From: Histomonas meleagridis 2922-C6/04-290x
Taxonomy: Eukaryota > Protista > Parabasalia
Reading direction: 5' to 3'
NCBI GenBank assembly: GCA_020184695.1
Contig: JAANOX010000231.1
Location: forward strand, 62,001-126,000
Length of the DNA stretch: 64,000 nt
Under the pieces are notes generated by a model that was not told the DNA's origin, searched no databases, and was given only the letters and a program-made list of their open reading frames with translations. Of the stretch, positions 1 through 10,605 are shown in pieces. The position numbers and the translations under genes were made by a program. How positions within the stretch are numbered: position 1 is the stretch's first letter; each line of letters opens with the position of its first letter.

Positions 1-1
1 A

Positions 2-1372
2 AGTACTTCTTCTTCATCTTCATCATCTTCTTCTTCTGAAAAGAACGTGAATGAGTATGATATGCCTGCGCCGCCTGAAGCAGCGCCGCCTCCACCAGAA
101 GAAGAAGAGAACGAAAATTATTACGAGGAAGCGCAACAAAATGCTAACGAAGAAGTTTACTTCCCAGAGCCACCTGAAGCAGTGCCTCCGCCGCCAGAAG
201 AAGAAGGTAATGAAGAGTATTATATGCCTGCGCCACCTGAAGCAGTTCCGCCTCCGCCTGAAGAAGGTAATAACGAATATTATATGCCTGCGCCGCCTGA
301 ATCAGTGCCGCCTCCACCAGATGAAGAAGAGAACGAAAATTATTACGAGGAAGCGCAACAAAATGCTAACGAAGAAGTTTACTTCCCAGAGCCGCCAGAG
401 GCAGTTCCGCCTCCGCCTGAAGAAGGTAATGAAGAGTATTATATGCCTGCGCCGCCTGAAGCTGTTCCACCACCGCCTGAAGAATATAATGAAGAAGTTG
501 AAATGCCGCCTCCACCAGAGGCAGTGCCACCGCCGCCAGAAGAATATAATGAAAATGTGGAATATTATAACGAGGATGAAACACAGCCGCAAATAGATGA
601 CAACGAAAATGAATATGAATATAACGCATATGTTGAAATGCCGCCACCGCCAGAAGCAGTGCCGCCGCCGCCAGAAGAATATGGCGAAAATATCTATGAA
701 GAGGCACAGCCTGCATATTATGAAAATGATAATGAAGTTGAAATGCCGCCGCCAGAGACATCGCCATTGCCACCGCAGGATGATAACGTCGAATATTATC
801 ATGAAGTTGAGCAGCCGCAGGAAACAGAGACAGCGCAAACAGAAGAATACGAACACACAGAAGATGAAAATAATGTTGAAGCAAATGACAATGCCGCAGA
901 AGCGCCGCACTCATCTTCATCTTCGTCGTCTTCGTCGTCATCATCGTCTTCTTCTTCAGACGATGATGAAATCGAACAGCCAAAAGTTACCAAAGAAGAA
1001 GAAGTCACTGCGGAAACAAAGCGCACAGAGAAAACCGAAGCCGCGCCGCAGCAAGTCGATAAGCCGCTGTTTCCTCGAGCGGGCGTACAGCATTGGGGCA
1101 ACATCATACACAAAGACAACAGACCAAAGCCACTACCACAGACACAACAGCCTCCGCAGCCACAACAAATGCAGCCAAAGCCACAGCCACAGCCAGCGCA
1201 AAAGGATGGGAAACAATTGACAAGAACGCAATTGCTCGCGCAGGCGTATCAGAGAGGAGAAAATAATGAGAGTTCAACAAATGTTGTGAAGGAGCAAATG
1301 CAGCCAAGAGTCAACAGGACATTGTTACTAGCACAGAAGTTCAACCAAAATATTGAAGACTCTAGAAAATAA
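2..1372 (+). CDS. Pro/Glu/Tyr-rich low-complexity repeat protein, 5'-truncated by the window edge
   Basis: Frame is open from position 2 (STSSSSSSSSSSEKNVNEYDM...). It has repeated PPEAVPPPPEE units, an internal duplication of about 70 aa, poly-Ser and a Gln/Pro-rich C-terminus, ending TAA at 1372. Confidence 0.8.
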   Translation, partial: STSSSSSSSSSSEKNVNEYDMPAPPEAAPPPPEEEENENYYEEAQQNANEEVYFPEPPEAVPPPPEEEGNEEYYMPAPPEAVPPPPEEGNNEYYMPAPPESVPPPPDEEENENYYEEAQQNANEEVYFPEPPEAVPPPPEEGNEEYYMPAPPEAVPPPPEEYNEEVEMPPPPEAVPPPPEEYNENVEYYNEDETQPQIDDNENEYEYNAYVEMPPPPEAVPPPPEEYGENIYEEAQPAYYENDNEVEMPPPETSPLPPQDDNVEYYHEVEQPQETETAQTEEYEHTEDENNVEANDNAAEAPHSSSSSSSSSSSSSSSSDDDEIEQPKVTKEEEVTAETKRTEKTEAAPQQVDKPLFPRAGVQHWGNIIHKDNRPKPLPQTQQPPQPQQMQPKPQPQPAQKDGKQLTRTQLLAQAYQRGENNESSTNVVKEQMQPRVNRTLLLAQKFNQNIEDSRK

Positions 1373-1679
1373 TTATAATTATATTTTATGGAAAAGCGGA
1401 AAGAAATGTAAAATTAACTTTCGAATTTCGGGAAATTGAATTGAATAAACATCAGTTGATAACAAAGTCATTAAATATGTTAAAACTTTAACAATTAAAA
1501 TTCATTATTTCTTATTCAATGAATAAATTTTGTATTAATAATAGTAATCAATCAATTAACAAAATTATGAATATCAAATATAATAATTATTTCTTTTTGT
1601 CCTTTTCAAAATTTAAAATAACATAAAAGGGATTTTGAATATACATAAAATGTAAATAAGAAAGTTTTAATAAAATGGT

Positions 1680-2810
1680 TTAGAAGCATTTACGGTGAAC
1701 TATTTCTGGCCCAGTTTCGTTGTATTCATCTCGAGTGATTATCATTTGTGGAAATGATGTAAGAGAAGCAAGAATTGATCCACCAATCCAAACTGCATAT
1801 TTACGTTCTGGAGGTGCAATAACTTTAATTTTTATTGATGGCGGTGCATGATTAACCATTTCTTTCTCCATACGCTCTGGAAGACCAGGAAACAGTGTAG
1901 TGCCGCCTGAAAGTACAATATTTCCATAAAGATCTTTTCGAACATCAATATCACATGTCATAATAGAATTAAATAAAACTTGATCAATACCTTCTAATTC
2001 AAATCCATTAAAATAAGGTTTAAATAAAAGTTCTGGGCAACGAAATCGTTCATTAGCAATTGTAAGCACATTGCCATCTGGGAGTGTATATGAAATATCA
2101 CATTCAGAAGATGTAGCAGCTTTATTCATTTCTTCATCAAAATCATATGCTACATAAGCATGTTTTTCTTTAATATCACGAACAATTTCTTTTTCTGCTG
2201 TAGTTGTAAATGTATAACCACGTTCATTAAGAATCTTTTGAAGATAAGTTGTAAGATCACGACCAGCAAGATTCATACGCATAATAGCATGAGGAAGTGA
2301 ATAGCCTTCATATATTGGCACTGTATGCGAAACACCATCACCTGCATCAAATACAATACCTGTAGTACGTCCTGAAGCATAAAGTGAAAGAACTGCTTGA
2401 ATACCTACATAAAATGCAGGTACATTAAATAGTTCAAATTGAAGTTGAATCATCTTTTCACGATTAGCTTTTGGATTCAATGGCGCTTCAGTGAGTAAAA
2501 CAGGATGTTCTGATGGATCAACTCTTAATTCATTATAAAATGTATGATGCCATATTTTTTCCATATCATCCCAGTTCGTAACAATACCATGTTCAATTGG
2601 ATATTTAAGAATTAATATTCCTGCTTTTGAACATGCTTCATCTCCAACATATGCATCTTTATTTTGACCTCCAGCAATAGTTAACTTATATTTTGGACGT
2701 CCAACCACAGAAGGAAATACTGAACGAGGTGCTTCTTCACCTGCAAATCCTGCTTTACACATACCGGATCCATTATCAATAACTAATATTTCAATATCAT
2801 CTTCAGCCAT
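1680..2810 (-). CDS. ACT: Actin (divergent trichomonad-type paralog)
   Basis: [41 protein letters not shown] and C-terminal IVHRKCF; 376 aa. The ACSKAG and RPKYK signatures resemble trichomonad actins. Confidence 0.98.
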   Translation of the reverse strand: MAEDDIEILVIDNGSGMCKAGFAGEEAPRSVFPSVVGRPKYKLTIAGGQNKDAYVGDEACSKAGILILKYPIEHGIVTNWDDMEKIWHHTFYNELRVDPSEHPVLLTEAPLNPKANREKMIQLQFELFNVPAFYVGIQAVLSLYASGRTTGIVFDAGDGVSHTVPIYEGYSLPHAIMRMNLAGRDLTTYLQKILNERGYTFTTTAEKEIVRDIKEKHAYVAYDFDEEMNKAATSSECDISYTLPDGNVLTIANERFRCPELLFKPYFNGFELEGIDQVLFNSIMTCDIDVRKDLYGNIVLSGGTTLFPGLPERMEKEMVNHAPPSIKIKVIAPPERKYAVWIGGSILASLTSFPQMIITRDEYNETGPEIVHRKCF

Positions 2811-3343
2811 GATAATAAAAAATGAATTATTAGTGTATTACATAAATTTTAGTTTTAGAGAACAACATCAATGAAATTTTATCTAGTTTGCTTGGTAGAA
2901 ATCTCTGTCCAATTATAAACTATTTTAAAAAGAATTATGAAAGAGTTTTTATTTATTTAAACAAGATATTACGTAATATACAAAATAATAAAAAGATAAT
3001 GATTTCTAACAGGATAATATTCATTCTTTTTTTGAATTTAAACAAATAACGAATGTTTTTATGTCAACCAAAATTAAATTCATAATTTCCCTTTGTCTTA
3101 TTTTATGATCTTACTAGCAAACTTAATTTTTTTGAAATTATTTTCCTATGTATGAAACTCAAAGATATTCAGCAAATTTCGTGAAGACCGTTTAATGCCT
3201 TTTCAACCTTTATCGAAAGTGAGCGAAAATTTAAATTTGAATGTTATCATGCCATCGGCAACCGCTGACTATTTTTGCCGCGGATTTGAATATTCAATTT
3301 TTGAATGTGTAAAACTATCAAATTCGTTAAAGATTTTTTAATG

Positions 3344-3946
3344 CTATGACATATCAGAAAGGAGAACACGTGCTTGGTTAACGTCACTATCATAGAGAGC
3401 CATAACTTGCATGATTGTAAACTTGTCTAAATGTGGGAATTCTTTTTGAAGTATAGCATATGAAGAATTATCGACTTTGATTTTGTTTTCTTCGGCAGCA
3501 GATGTCTCAGCGTGAAGACCATCTGGAATTCTTCCATCAATCAAATATGAACCTGCCCTATTAATGTCGTAAAATGAGGCTCTTAATGCTTTTTCGCAGT
3601 CACTTCTTGAGTATTCACCTAGCTCCAACAGCGATTGAACCCTATCCTCAAAGTCATCTGGATCATGGAGTTGCAATTCACTATTTCCGTCTTCTCTCGG
3701 TGGTAATGTAGATGCTCCTTTTGCCGATGAATTTCTAAGATTTAATTCAAGGTACTCATTTTCCTTCATGTTAAGGTCACTTATTAATTTATTTTCGCTT
3801 AATTCAATTCCTTTATAAAATAATTTATAAAAACTGTATGAAACTTGAGTCTTCAAATAACTAATAACGTCACCTACTGTTATGGTCGATTGTACTGGAA
3901 AGTTATAGACGTTGTCATGTGTATCTTTGATAACGAGAGACATCAA
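3344..3946 (-). CDS. UBL-UBA domain protein (RAD23/Dsk2-like architecture)
   Basis: N-terminal ubiquitin-like fold (KLFYKGIELSENKLISDLNMKENEYL), a UBA motif (VQSLLELGEYSRSDCEKALRASFYDINRAGSYL) and a C-terminal CUE/UBA-like helix set. Confidence 0.8.
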   Translation of the reverse strand: MMSLVIKDTHDNVYNFPVQSTITVGDVISYLKTQVSYSFYKLFYKGIELSENKLISDLNMKENEYLELNLRNSSAKGASTLPPREDGNSELQLHDPDDFEDRVQSLLELGEYSRSDCEKALRASFYDINRAGSYLIDGRIPDGLHAETSAAEENKIKVDNSSYAILQKEFPHLDKFTIMQVMALYDSDVNQARVLLSDMS

Positions 3947-4140
3947 AATTTTGGGATCGGAAGTGGCACTTTTATTTGAGCCTGTTTTCGATTGAATTTT
4001 AGGAACTAATGATAACCGAAACTTATTGAATTGATAACGATTGCCGTGACAACTCTCAATTGCAAGATTGATAGAATTACTTTTTTCAATTGGTCTGTTT
4101 CGGTTAATGTTAACTAATTATAAACGTACATTAATTCTTC

Positions 4141-5184
4141 ATGTTTTTTGTGTTTTTCTTTTGTTTTATAACATCAGAAACATCTACAGAAGTTGATGAC
4201 GGATCTCTCCAATCTGTTATCATGCAAATTAGAAAAGGAAAGAAATTTTCAGATGTTGTAAACGTTAAAGAAATAATTAAAGAACACCCATCATTTAAAA
4301 ATCTATTAGATGCAATTGATGAAGTACAATTTCCTGAATATTCATGTTATTCTGAAGTACTTGTTCGTTTGAACATTGACTGTAATAATGCCAATGAAGA
4401 TCAACAAAAATTATTATCAGTTTACTTCACACAGTGTTATTATAATATCACTGGTAGATTAGATGAATTTCCAACATCATATCCAGATGAAGAAAAAATT
4501 CAACATATGCAAAGTCATGTATATGGAACATATGTCACAATGAAAACACATTGGAGTAATCTTTGTCACTTTGCCAAACAGTCCATATTTAATGAAGAAA
4601 CAGCTAAACAACTTATTAGTTTATTCAAATCAGTTGTTGATTCTTCAAATGCAATCAAAGATATGAACGATGCAATGAATGAATCTGCTCGATCACTTAA
4701 TGTTTCCGTCCACAACATCACCAAGAAGCTTGAAAGTGGAAAAGAATTTCTCACAAACATTGGCACACAAATTCTAAAGTTTAATGTTAGTCTAAAAGCC
4801 ATGACAGAGATCATTATGAAACCATTGGAACACATTGAGCAAGTCAAGATATTCTTTTTAATGGCGATCATCAGTGTTTTCATTGGGATTTTCCTTCCTG
4901 AAATTCTAATTCCACTTCTGATGCTTACGGCAATATTTTATTTTGGCGATAGTGCAATGCGTCAGAGATATGATTGGTATAATGGTTATGTGAGAACGAT
5001 AATGAAAATATTGTATTTAGTTATTTCTGCTTCATATCCATTGTATAAATTGGCCAAAAATACTGTATCAATATCGTCATACTTATTAAGATTAATACAC
5101 GTTAAAAAGAAGCCAACGACAGTAATACCAAGAATTGGAAGAGTGCAACAGCGTAAATATGGTTCCAAGCCACGCGCTTATTAA
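4141..5184 (+). CDS. GEX1: GEX1/KAR5/Brambleberry-like nuclear-envelope fusion protein
   Basis: Signal peptide, then a Cys-rich domain C69-x11-C81-x17-C99...C142 (CYSEVLVRLNIDCNNANEDQQKLLSVYFTQCYYNITGR...YGTY...LC). A long coiled coil, 2-3 C-terminal TM segments and a basic tail follow. Confidence 0.75.
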   Translation: MFFVFFFCFITSETSTEVDDGSLQSVIMQIRKGKKFSDVVNVKEIIKEHPSFKNLLDAIDEVQFPEYSCYSEVLVRLNIDCNNANEDQQKLLSVYFTQCYYNITGRLDEFPTSYPDEEKIQHMQSHVYGTYVTMKTHWSNLCHFAKQSIFNEETAKQLISLFKSVVDSSNAIKDMNDAMNESARSLNVSVHNITKKLESGKEFLTNIGTQILKFNVSLKAMTEIIMKPLEHIEQVKIFFLMAIISVFIGIFLPEILIPLLMLTAIFYFGDSAMRQRYDWYNGYVRTIMKILYLVISASYPLYKLAKNTVSISSYLLRLIHVKKKPTTVIPRIGRVQQRKYGSKPRAY

Positions 5185-5265
5185 TTTATATGTAATAAAA
5201 GATGTTTATATTTGATAAAGTTTACATATTAAGCGAGACCGTTTACGTTTGTGCTGGTCATTCAA

Positions 5266-8200
5266 ATGTTCACGACACAAGATAAATTTTTAGCGTTTGT
5301 TCGACATCTTGAATCAGCCAACGAAGAAGAACTTGACCAAGCATTAACACTAATCCAAGAAGAGCCGAAAATTGCGACGATGTTTGCGGATAAGTCACCG
5401 AAATTTGTCGAAATATTCAGTCATCTTCAGCAAGGTAATGTCCAAACACGAATCGCCGTAAGGTACTACCGAATTATCAGTGTTCTCTTCGACATCCTAA
5501 CTCCGAATTATCAAATTTACTTCCGATCGCTCAATTACCTCTCGGACACAATAATCAGAAGACACATGGCGTCGATGTTAATTCTTATGAAAAATAAAAA
5601 AGGAAAAGACGCTCTTCACTTATTATACCAAGCGGCTAAAGTCAACACAGCTCATTGTCGTGACTTATTCACTGCCATTGACTTTAGTAATTACATTATC
5701 AAAGAACAAGCGAAAACAGATGCGCGTCCACAACTCATCCAATTAATCTCATTATTCCTTCAAACGCCAGAGATATCGCCATCACTTCTTTCCACTAAGT
5801 ACAGCGTTTCCGGCATCTGGAAGGATCTCATCAAAGATCCAAACGATGTCGCGCGACTATTTTTGGACTCAATGATCGTAGCAACAGCAAAACTTAACTA
5901 TTCAACAAAGAGGTGGGTCTTCAACGATATGACACTCAAAACGCTCTCGAGTTACCCACTCGACCATCGAAAGTCATCAGTGAGTCCGCACTTTTCGGCT
6001 TTCCAACTCCTCAAATCGGTTTTAACGGGCGAAAACTCAATCAACACAGAAGAACCGCAGAGGGTATACTGCAGGAACTATCAAAGCATTGAGCCTCCAC
6101 CGAAGAACAACTTCATATTGTTTTTCATCAGGGAGTTAAACCCATGGCGTCTTATGAGTCATTGTGAATTAGTCATATCAATATTCGAAGATTCACCCGA
6201 TTTAATCGGAACATATCTTTCGACATGTGGCAAGAAATTACAACCAGATGTCAACTTGACAACATTATCATCAATTAGATTTTTGGGTAAGATTATTGAA
6301 CTCGACTGGCCCGCTTTTCTTTCGAATGAAACTAATTTCTTTGATGATGGACATTCACTCGATCTTCTTTTCGAGTCAATTCTTCCATCCATGATCCAGA
6401 CTTCAGTCATCATCCAATTTCTTAAACATGAATCACTAATTGTTCGTCGTGGAATGCTTCTTCTCCTCAACAAAGCAGTCAACAAATTCCTAAAACTTCC
6501 AGAAGCACTTAAGCGATCTTCATTGTATACAAAGTTTGGAGGTCGACTTACCACAACCATTTCACAAAACATCATCAACACGTCAAAGTTCGAGTCACTG
6601 TTTCCTTTTGCGTTGAAGTTCTTCATCTCAATGAATCAAGTTTTCCCATTCTTTGTCTCGGACACTTTTTCAAAGGACCCTCCGTTTTTGAATGAGATTC
6701 AATCGTTCCCTCCATACATTCAACATTTGATACTTCAATTCATACCACTTTTGTCCAAGCCGATACCGAAGATACCGTTATTATGTTCCATTGTAACCGA
6801 TGACAGATTTTCGAAGCCTATTCAACGGGAGTCGTTAGAGATCGTTAAGTTAATTATCCGGAACACAGAGATAATGAATGGCTTTGAGTCAGAAATACCT
6901 ATTTTTGTATCAGAAGCGTTACAGAATAATGCTTCGAATAACCTATTTGAGTTAATTAATTTAACTAAAGGATCATTACTTAAGTATTCACAACATGTCG
7001 GGTTTTCACCAATGTACAATGCATTACAACCAGAGAATCCATTATATAATTCGAAGTTAATCATTGACGTAATGAATGGTAATGTACCAAATGATATAAT
7101 ACTTGAGCCATCAGAGATAATGAAGAATATTAAATGGTATTCACTTGAAGCTATTACTATATTATTATGTGCTTCATTACATAATAATTTACAAATTGGT
7201 ATAAATTGTTTGACAATTGTTACATGTAGTTCACCTGAAAGAACTTTACCTTATGTACTTGAGAATGTATTTATCAAAGATAACTTATTTAAAGGTAATA
7301 ATTTGTTTGATGAAACTATTGCTAAATTCATCCAATGGAATAATGGATGTAATGATATCATTTCCCGATGTTTTATTGAAGAAAATATTATTAATGAAAA
7401 TGTCATTGATATTATTACACCATTTATACCTAAGATTTATACGAAACAATTAATACACAAATTATTAAATATAAATCATAGTATTAGAAATGTTATCATT
7501 GATAATAATAAGGAATATGACTTAGAAACATTAAATGAATTTTGGAAATGGGCTTTTAAAGGTTTTATACCAATTGATTTAACATTATTAGATGAAGAAA
7601 TTACGCCGAAAATTGATGACGAACTTTTGTTATTAGATATATTACGAACTATTTGGTTAACTAAAGACATTACATTATTGCCTTATTTGAACATACAATC
7701 TGTAACTAATTCGCGATTATTTATTTTCGCAACTGAAATAATACCCGGAAGATTTAATAATAATATCGAAATATCTTCTTCGTTAGCATTATGTTATTAT
7801 TTAAAACGAAATGTTAATGATCCTTTGCATATGTTTAAAAAGACACATAAAAAATGGTGTTATGAATTCCTTCTTCAACAAATTCGAAATAGTCATCAAG
7901 TTTCAGATGAAATAACAAGAGTTTCTAAAGACAAATTAAATGCACTTGTAGATTTCTATATCCGAAATCCTTCAAATAATTTAGAAATTGTTTTCAATCG
8001 ATTGTTAACTAAATACTTAATAAAACATCCCGAAAAAGTAATAATACCAATACAAATAAAATCCGAATTTTTGACTAATGTCGCACAACAAATTATTGAA
8101 CCTTCACAACTAATAGAATATACAAATGAACAAATCGAAGGTGTAATTAATATATTGTTTGGAGCTAATATTAATATAACAATTAGATTAATATTATACT

Positions 8201-9270
8201 TATCAACTTGTGTTACAACTTCTTCTTCATCTTTCTTTAAGTTCTTGGAAACAATTCATTTCCCACCTTCCGGAATTTATTTTGTTACTGGAGATGTCTC
8301 GAAAGTTGTCATACAAATATTAGATTCAAAACAAAATGTTAATATTGTCGGATTATGTCGTAACGCTTCTTATCTTGCGCCATTTCATGAGGCTCAACAA
8401 CACATAGAGATCGATACTCCATTCTTTCGATTCTTGTTACAATTCGCTCATTTCTTATTAACAAATGCTGAAATACCTATCGAAATAATGCTTGAACGTG
8501 GTGTTCTATCTGTTCTTTTCCATGCACTTTCTTCGAAAGATGATCATACTCGTGCAATATCTTATCATTCATTGTCACAATTATATGATTATAATCATAA
8601 GAAAAAAGGTTGGAAATTCGAAAATCAAATTGCTATTTTGTTAGAATCTGTTCTAAATGCTGTAACTGAACCTAATAAGAGATTCACATCAATTATTACT
8701 CATTTCTTATCTGCAGCTACGACAATTATTATGAAGCCAAATCATCCTTTGTTTATGCCAGTGGTGAAATTCATCGCTAGTAACCCATCATTGAAACGGT
8801 CTTCTGTTCCAATGTTTAACGAGTTATTTGGTCAGTCAACTTTAGATTATAGAGTTGGTCGAATGTGGATATTAAAATTCTTACGGAATGGTATTAATGA
8901 ATCTTCAGACGTCTTACTGATGAAGAAAGGTCGAATAATTGAACGACTTTGTAGTTTCTTTTCTTCTTCTTTATCTGATAGTACAACTCGAAGTAACGTT
9001 CTCGAAATTTTCATTAACGCATCAAAACAAATCAAAATCGATGGTTTAATTTTTTGGGTTTATTCGATAATTACTGAACAATTTGCTTTAATGCATTATA
9101 ATCAATTGATCGAATTAGCTTTGTTAACAAAACAAAAAACAGAAATAGAAAAAGAATGTTTAAAAAGATTAATCGATATAGTGATGAAGGAGCACCCCGA
9201 ATTAATTGAGGAGGAGACGTTAGCGAAACTGAAAAATTTGATCGGTAGTGAGACGTTAAATATAGAATAA
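5266..9270 (+). CDS. URB1: Nucleolar pre-ribosomal-associated protein 1 (URB1/Npa1)
   Basis: About 1335-aa alpha-solenoid. The C-terminal region (FNELFGQSTLDYRVGRMWILKFLRNGINESSD...IIERLCSFFSS) matches NopRA1. First ATG is at 5266, preceded by Inr-like TCATT and GACCGTTT. Confidence 0.85.
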   Translation: MFTTQDKFLAFVRHLESANEEELDQALTLIQEEPKIATMFADKSPKFVEIFSHLQQGNVQTRIAVRYYRIISVLFDILTPNYQIYFRSLNYLSDTIIRRHMASMLILMKNKKGKDALHLLYQAAKVNTAHCRDLFTAIDFSNYIIKEQAKTDARPQLIQLISLFLQTPEISPSLLSTKYSVSGIWKDLIKDPNDVARLFLDSMIVATAKLNYSTKRWVFNDMTLKTLSSYPLDHRKSSVSPHFSAFQLLKSVLTGENSINTEEPQRVYCRNYQSIEPPPKNNFILFFIRELNPWRLMSHCELVISIFEDSPDLIGTYLSTCGKKLQPDVNLTTLSSIRFLGKIIELDWPAFLSNETNFFDDGHSLDLLFESILPSMIQTSVIIQFLKHESLIVRRGMLLLLNKAVNKFLKLPEALKRSSLYTKFGGRLTTTISQNIINTSKFESLFPFALKFFISMNQVFPFFVSDTFSKDPPFLNEIQSFPPYIQHLILQFIPLLSKPIPKIPLLCSIVTDDRFSKPIQRESLEIVKLIIRNTEIMNGFESEIPIFVSEALQNNASNNLFELINLTKGSLLKYSQHVGFSPMYNALQPENPLYNSKLIIDVMNGNVPNDIILEPSEIMKNIKWYSLEAITILLCASLHNNLQIGINCLTIVTCSSPERTLPYVLENVFIKDNLFKGNNLFDETIAKFIQWNNGCNDIISRCFIEENIINENVIDIITPFIPKIYTKQLIHKLLNINHSIRNVIIDNNKEYDLETLNEFWKWAFKGFIPIDLTLLDEEITPKIDDELLLLDILRTIWLTKDITLLPYLNIQSVTNSRLFIFATEIIPGRFNNNIEISSSLALCYYLKRNVNDPLHMFKKTHKKWCYEFLLQQIRNSHQVSDEITRVSKDKLNALVDFYIRNPSNNLEIVFNRLLTKYLIKHPEKVIIPIQIKSEFLTNVAQQIIEPSQLIEYTNEQIEGVINILFGANINITIRLILYLSTCVTTSSSSFFKFLETIHFPPSGIYFVTGDVSKVVIQILDSKQNVNIVGLCRNASYLAPFHEAQQHIEIDTPFFRFLLQFAHFLLTNAEIPIEIMLERGVLSVLFHALSSKDDHTRAISYHSLSQLYDYNHKKKGWKFENQIAILLESVLNAVTEPNKRFTSIITHFLSAATTIIMKPNHPLFMPVVKFIASNPSLKRSSVPMFNELFGQSTLDYRVGRMWILKFLRNGINESSDVLLMKKGRIIERLCSFFSSSLSDSTTRSNVLEIFINASKQIKIDGLIFWVYSIITEQFALMHYNQLIELALLTKQKTEIEKECLKRLIDIVMKEHPELIEEETLAKLKNLIGSETLNIE

Positions 9271-9287
9271 AAGTTATACATATTGTT

Positions 9288-9887
9288 TTATTCTGAGTTT
9301 ATCCACCAACTTTTAGGACCAAGCCCAGCAGTTTTACTGTCCATTGAGCCAATGATAATCATTAGTGGTGAATTGTTTGTGCCTTGTGTATATTTGACAT
9401 CACATACACGAAAACGAACAGTTTCCCCTTGATCAAAGCTAAATGGAATTGATTCACCACTTTCTTCATCAATTGATGACCACGTCCATAATTCTTGTGC
9501 ATTATCAAATTCTGAACCTTCTGGTAGATTTTGATATGGAATAAAAATATCTTCAAAGAATGAAAGACTAATTGAAATACCTTCTTCTGTTGATTTCGAG
9601 ATAAGGCCTTCCCAAACACTTCCTATTGGTGGATTAAAAACAACATATCGAAAAATAACAGTAACATATGATACTGGTAAGTCTGGAATTGATTTACATT
9701 CATAGGCTTTTACTATGTCATATAGTTCTATTAAAAGACCAATGTTTGGTTGAATTCGATCATTATAACGATGTGTAATAATATCACATAAAACTTGTGG
9801 ATTTACAGTCATTCTTCCATTTTCATCGAATGTCATATGATGATATGGAAGGGGGAGTTCTTCTTTACAAAGAACAACCTCGAACAT
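9288..9887 (-). CDS. POLR3H: RNA polymerase III subunit RPC8/Rpc25
   Basis: RPB7-family N-terminus (NIGLLIELYDI; VIFRYVVFNPPIGSVWEGLISKSTEEGISISLSFFEDIFIP), S1 domain, C-terminal GLGPKSWW. Likely start is MFEVV at 9887. Confidence 0.93.
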   Translation of the reverse strand: MFEVVLCKEELPLPYHHMTFDENGRMTVNPQVLCDIITHRYNDRIQPNIGLLIELYDIVKAYECKSIPDLPVSYVTVIFRYVVFNPPIGSVWEGLISKSTEEGISISLSFFEDIFIPYQNLPEGSEFDNAQELWTWSSIDEESGESIPFSFDQGETVRFRVCDVKYTQGTNNSPLMIIIGSMDSKTAGLGPKSWWINSE

Positions 9888-9985
9888 TATTTTGATTCTT
9901 AAACAGCAAAAATAAAAGTTCACAATTTTTTGTGACATTTTAAGTTATTGGCGGTTTGACAGCCGTTTGGTCTTCCTTTTTGTTC

Positions 9986-10408
9986 ATGTCGAAGGTGACA
10001 ATGCGCATTCGTAAGTACATTGTCAACAAATTGCTTGATCGTAAGCAATTTGTTGTTGATTTAAAGCACCCAGGTAATAGAGCACCAACAAGAGATGAAA
10101 TCAAAGATTTAGTTGCTAAACAATTAAAGGCTAACAAGGATCTTATCGTTATCTTCTCCCTTGAAACAAAGTTCGGAGGTGGCCGTACAACAGGTTTTGG
10201 TCTTATCTATGATAATTTAGATGCTCTCAAAACAATCGAACCAAAGCATCGTCTTATCAAAGCTGGTCTTGCTGAAAAGAGCAAGGTTACACGTCGTATG
10301 CGTAAGAACACTCGTAAACAAAAGGTAAAGGTTTGGGGATCTGGTGTTCGTGCACAACGTCATAAGGTTCGCCGTCAACAACGTAAGGAAGCTCTTGAAG
10401 GTCAATAA
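9986..10408 (+). CDS. RPS24: 40S ribosomal protein S24 (eS24)
   Basis: NKLLDRKQFVVDLKHPG, TKFGGGRTTGFGLIYD and EPKHRLIKAGL. ATG at 9986 follows a CCTTT element. Confidence 0.98.
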   Translation: MSKVTMRIRKYIVNKLLDRKQFVVDLKHPGNRAPTRDEIKDLVAKQLKANKDLIVIFSLETKFGGGRTTGFGLIYDNLDALKTIEPKHRLIKAGLAEKSKVTRRMRKNTRKQKVKVWGSGVRAQRHKVRRQQRKEALEGQ

Positions 10409-10605
10409 ATTACGAGTTTTACATTTACAAATATTCTTTTCTACTTTAATTAATTTCAATGAAAGTTATTTGTAATATTATTAATATCTTAAAACCGAAA
10501 ATTACTTACGCTATCCTAAACATACAATCTGGGAATATTAAAAAAGAATAAGGCAAATTGGTGATTAAATGAGTTGTTTGTCGAGTCCTGTAATTCAGTG
10601 TTTAT

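Noticed and set aside
51-1307. Overlapping alternative-frame and antisense ORFs over the Pro-rich gene, and similar shadow ORFs throughout
   Set aside because: They are by-products of repetitive or coding sequence in another frame and show no motifs of their own.
3195-3206. U5 snRNA loop I (GCCTTTT)
   Set aside because: It lacks the following AC and a closing stem, and is better explained as a CCTTT promoter element.
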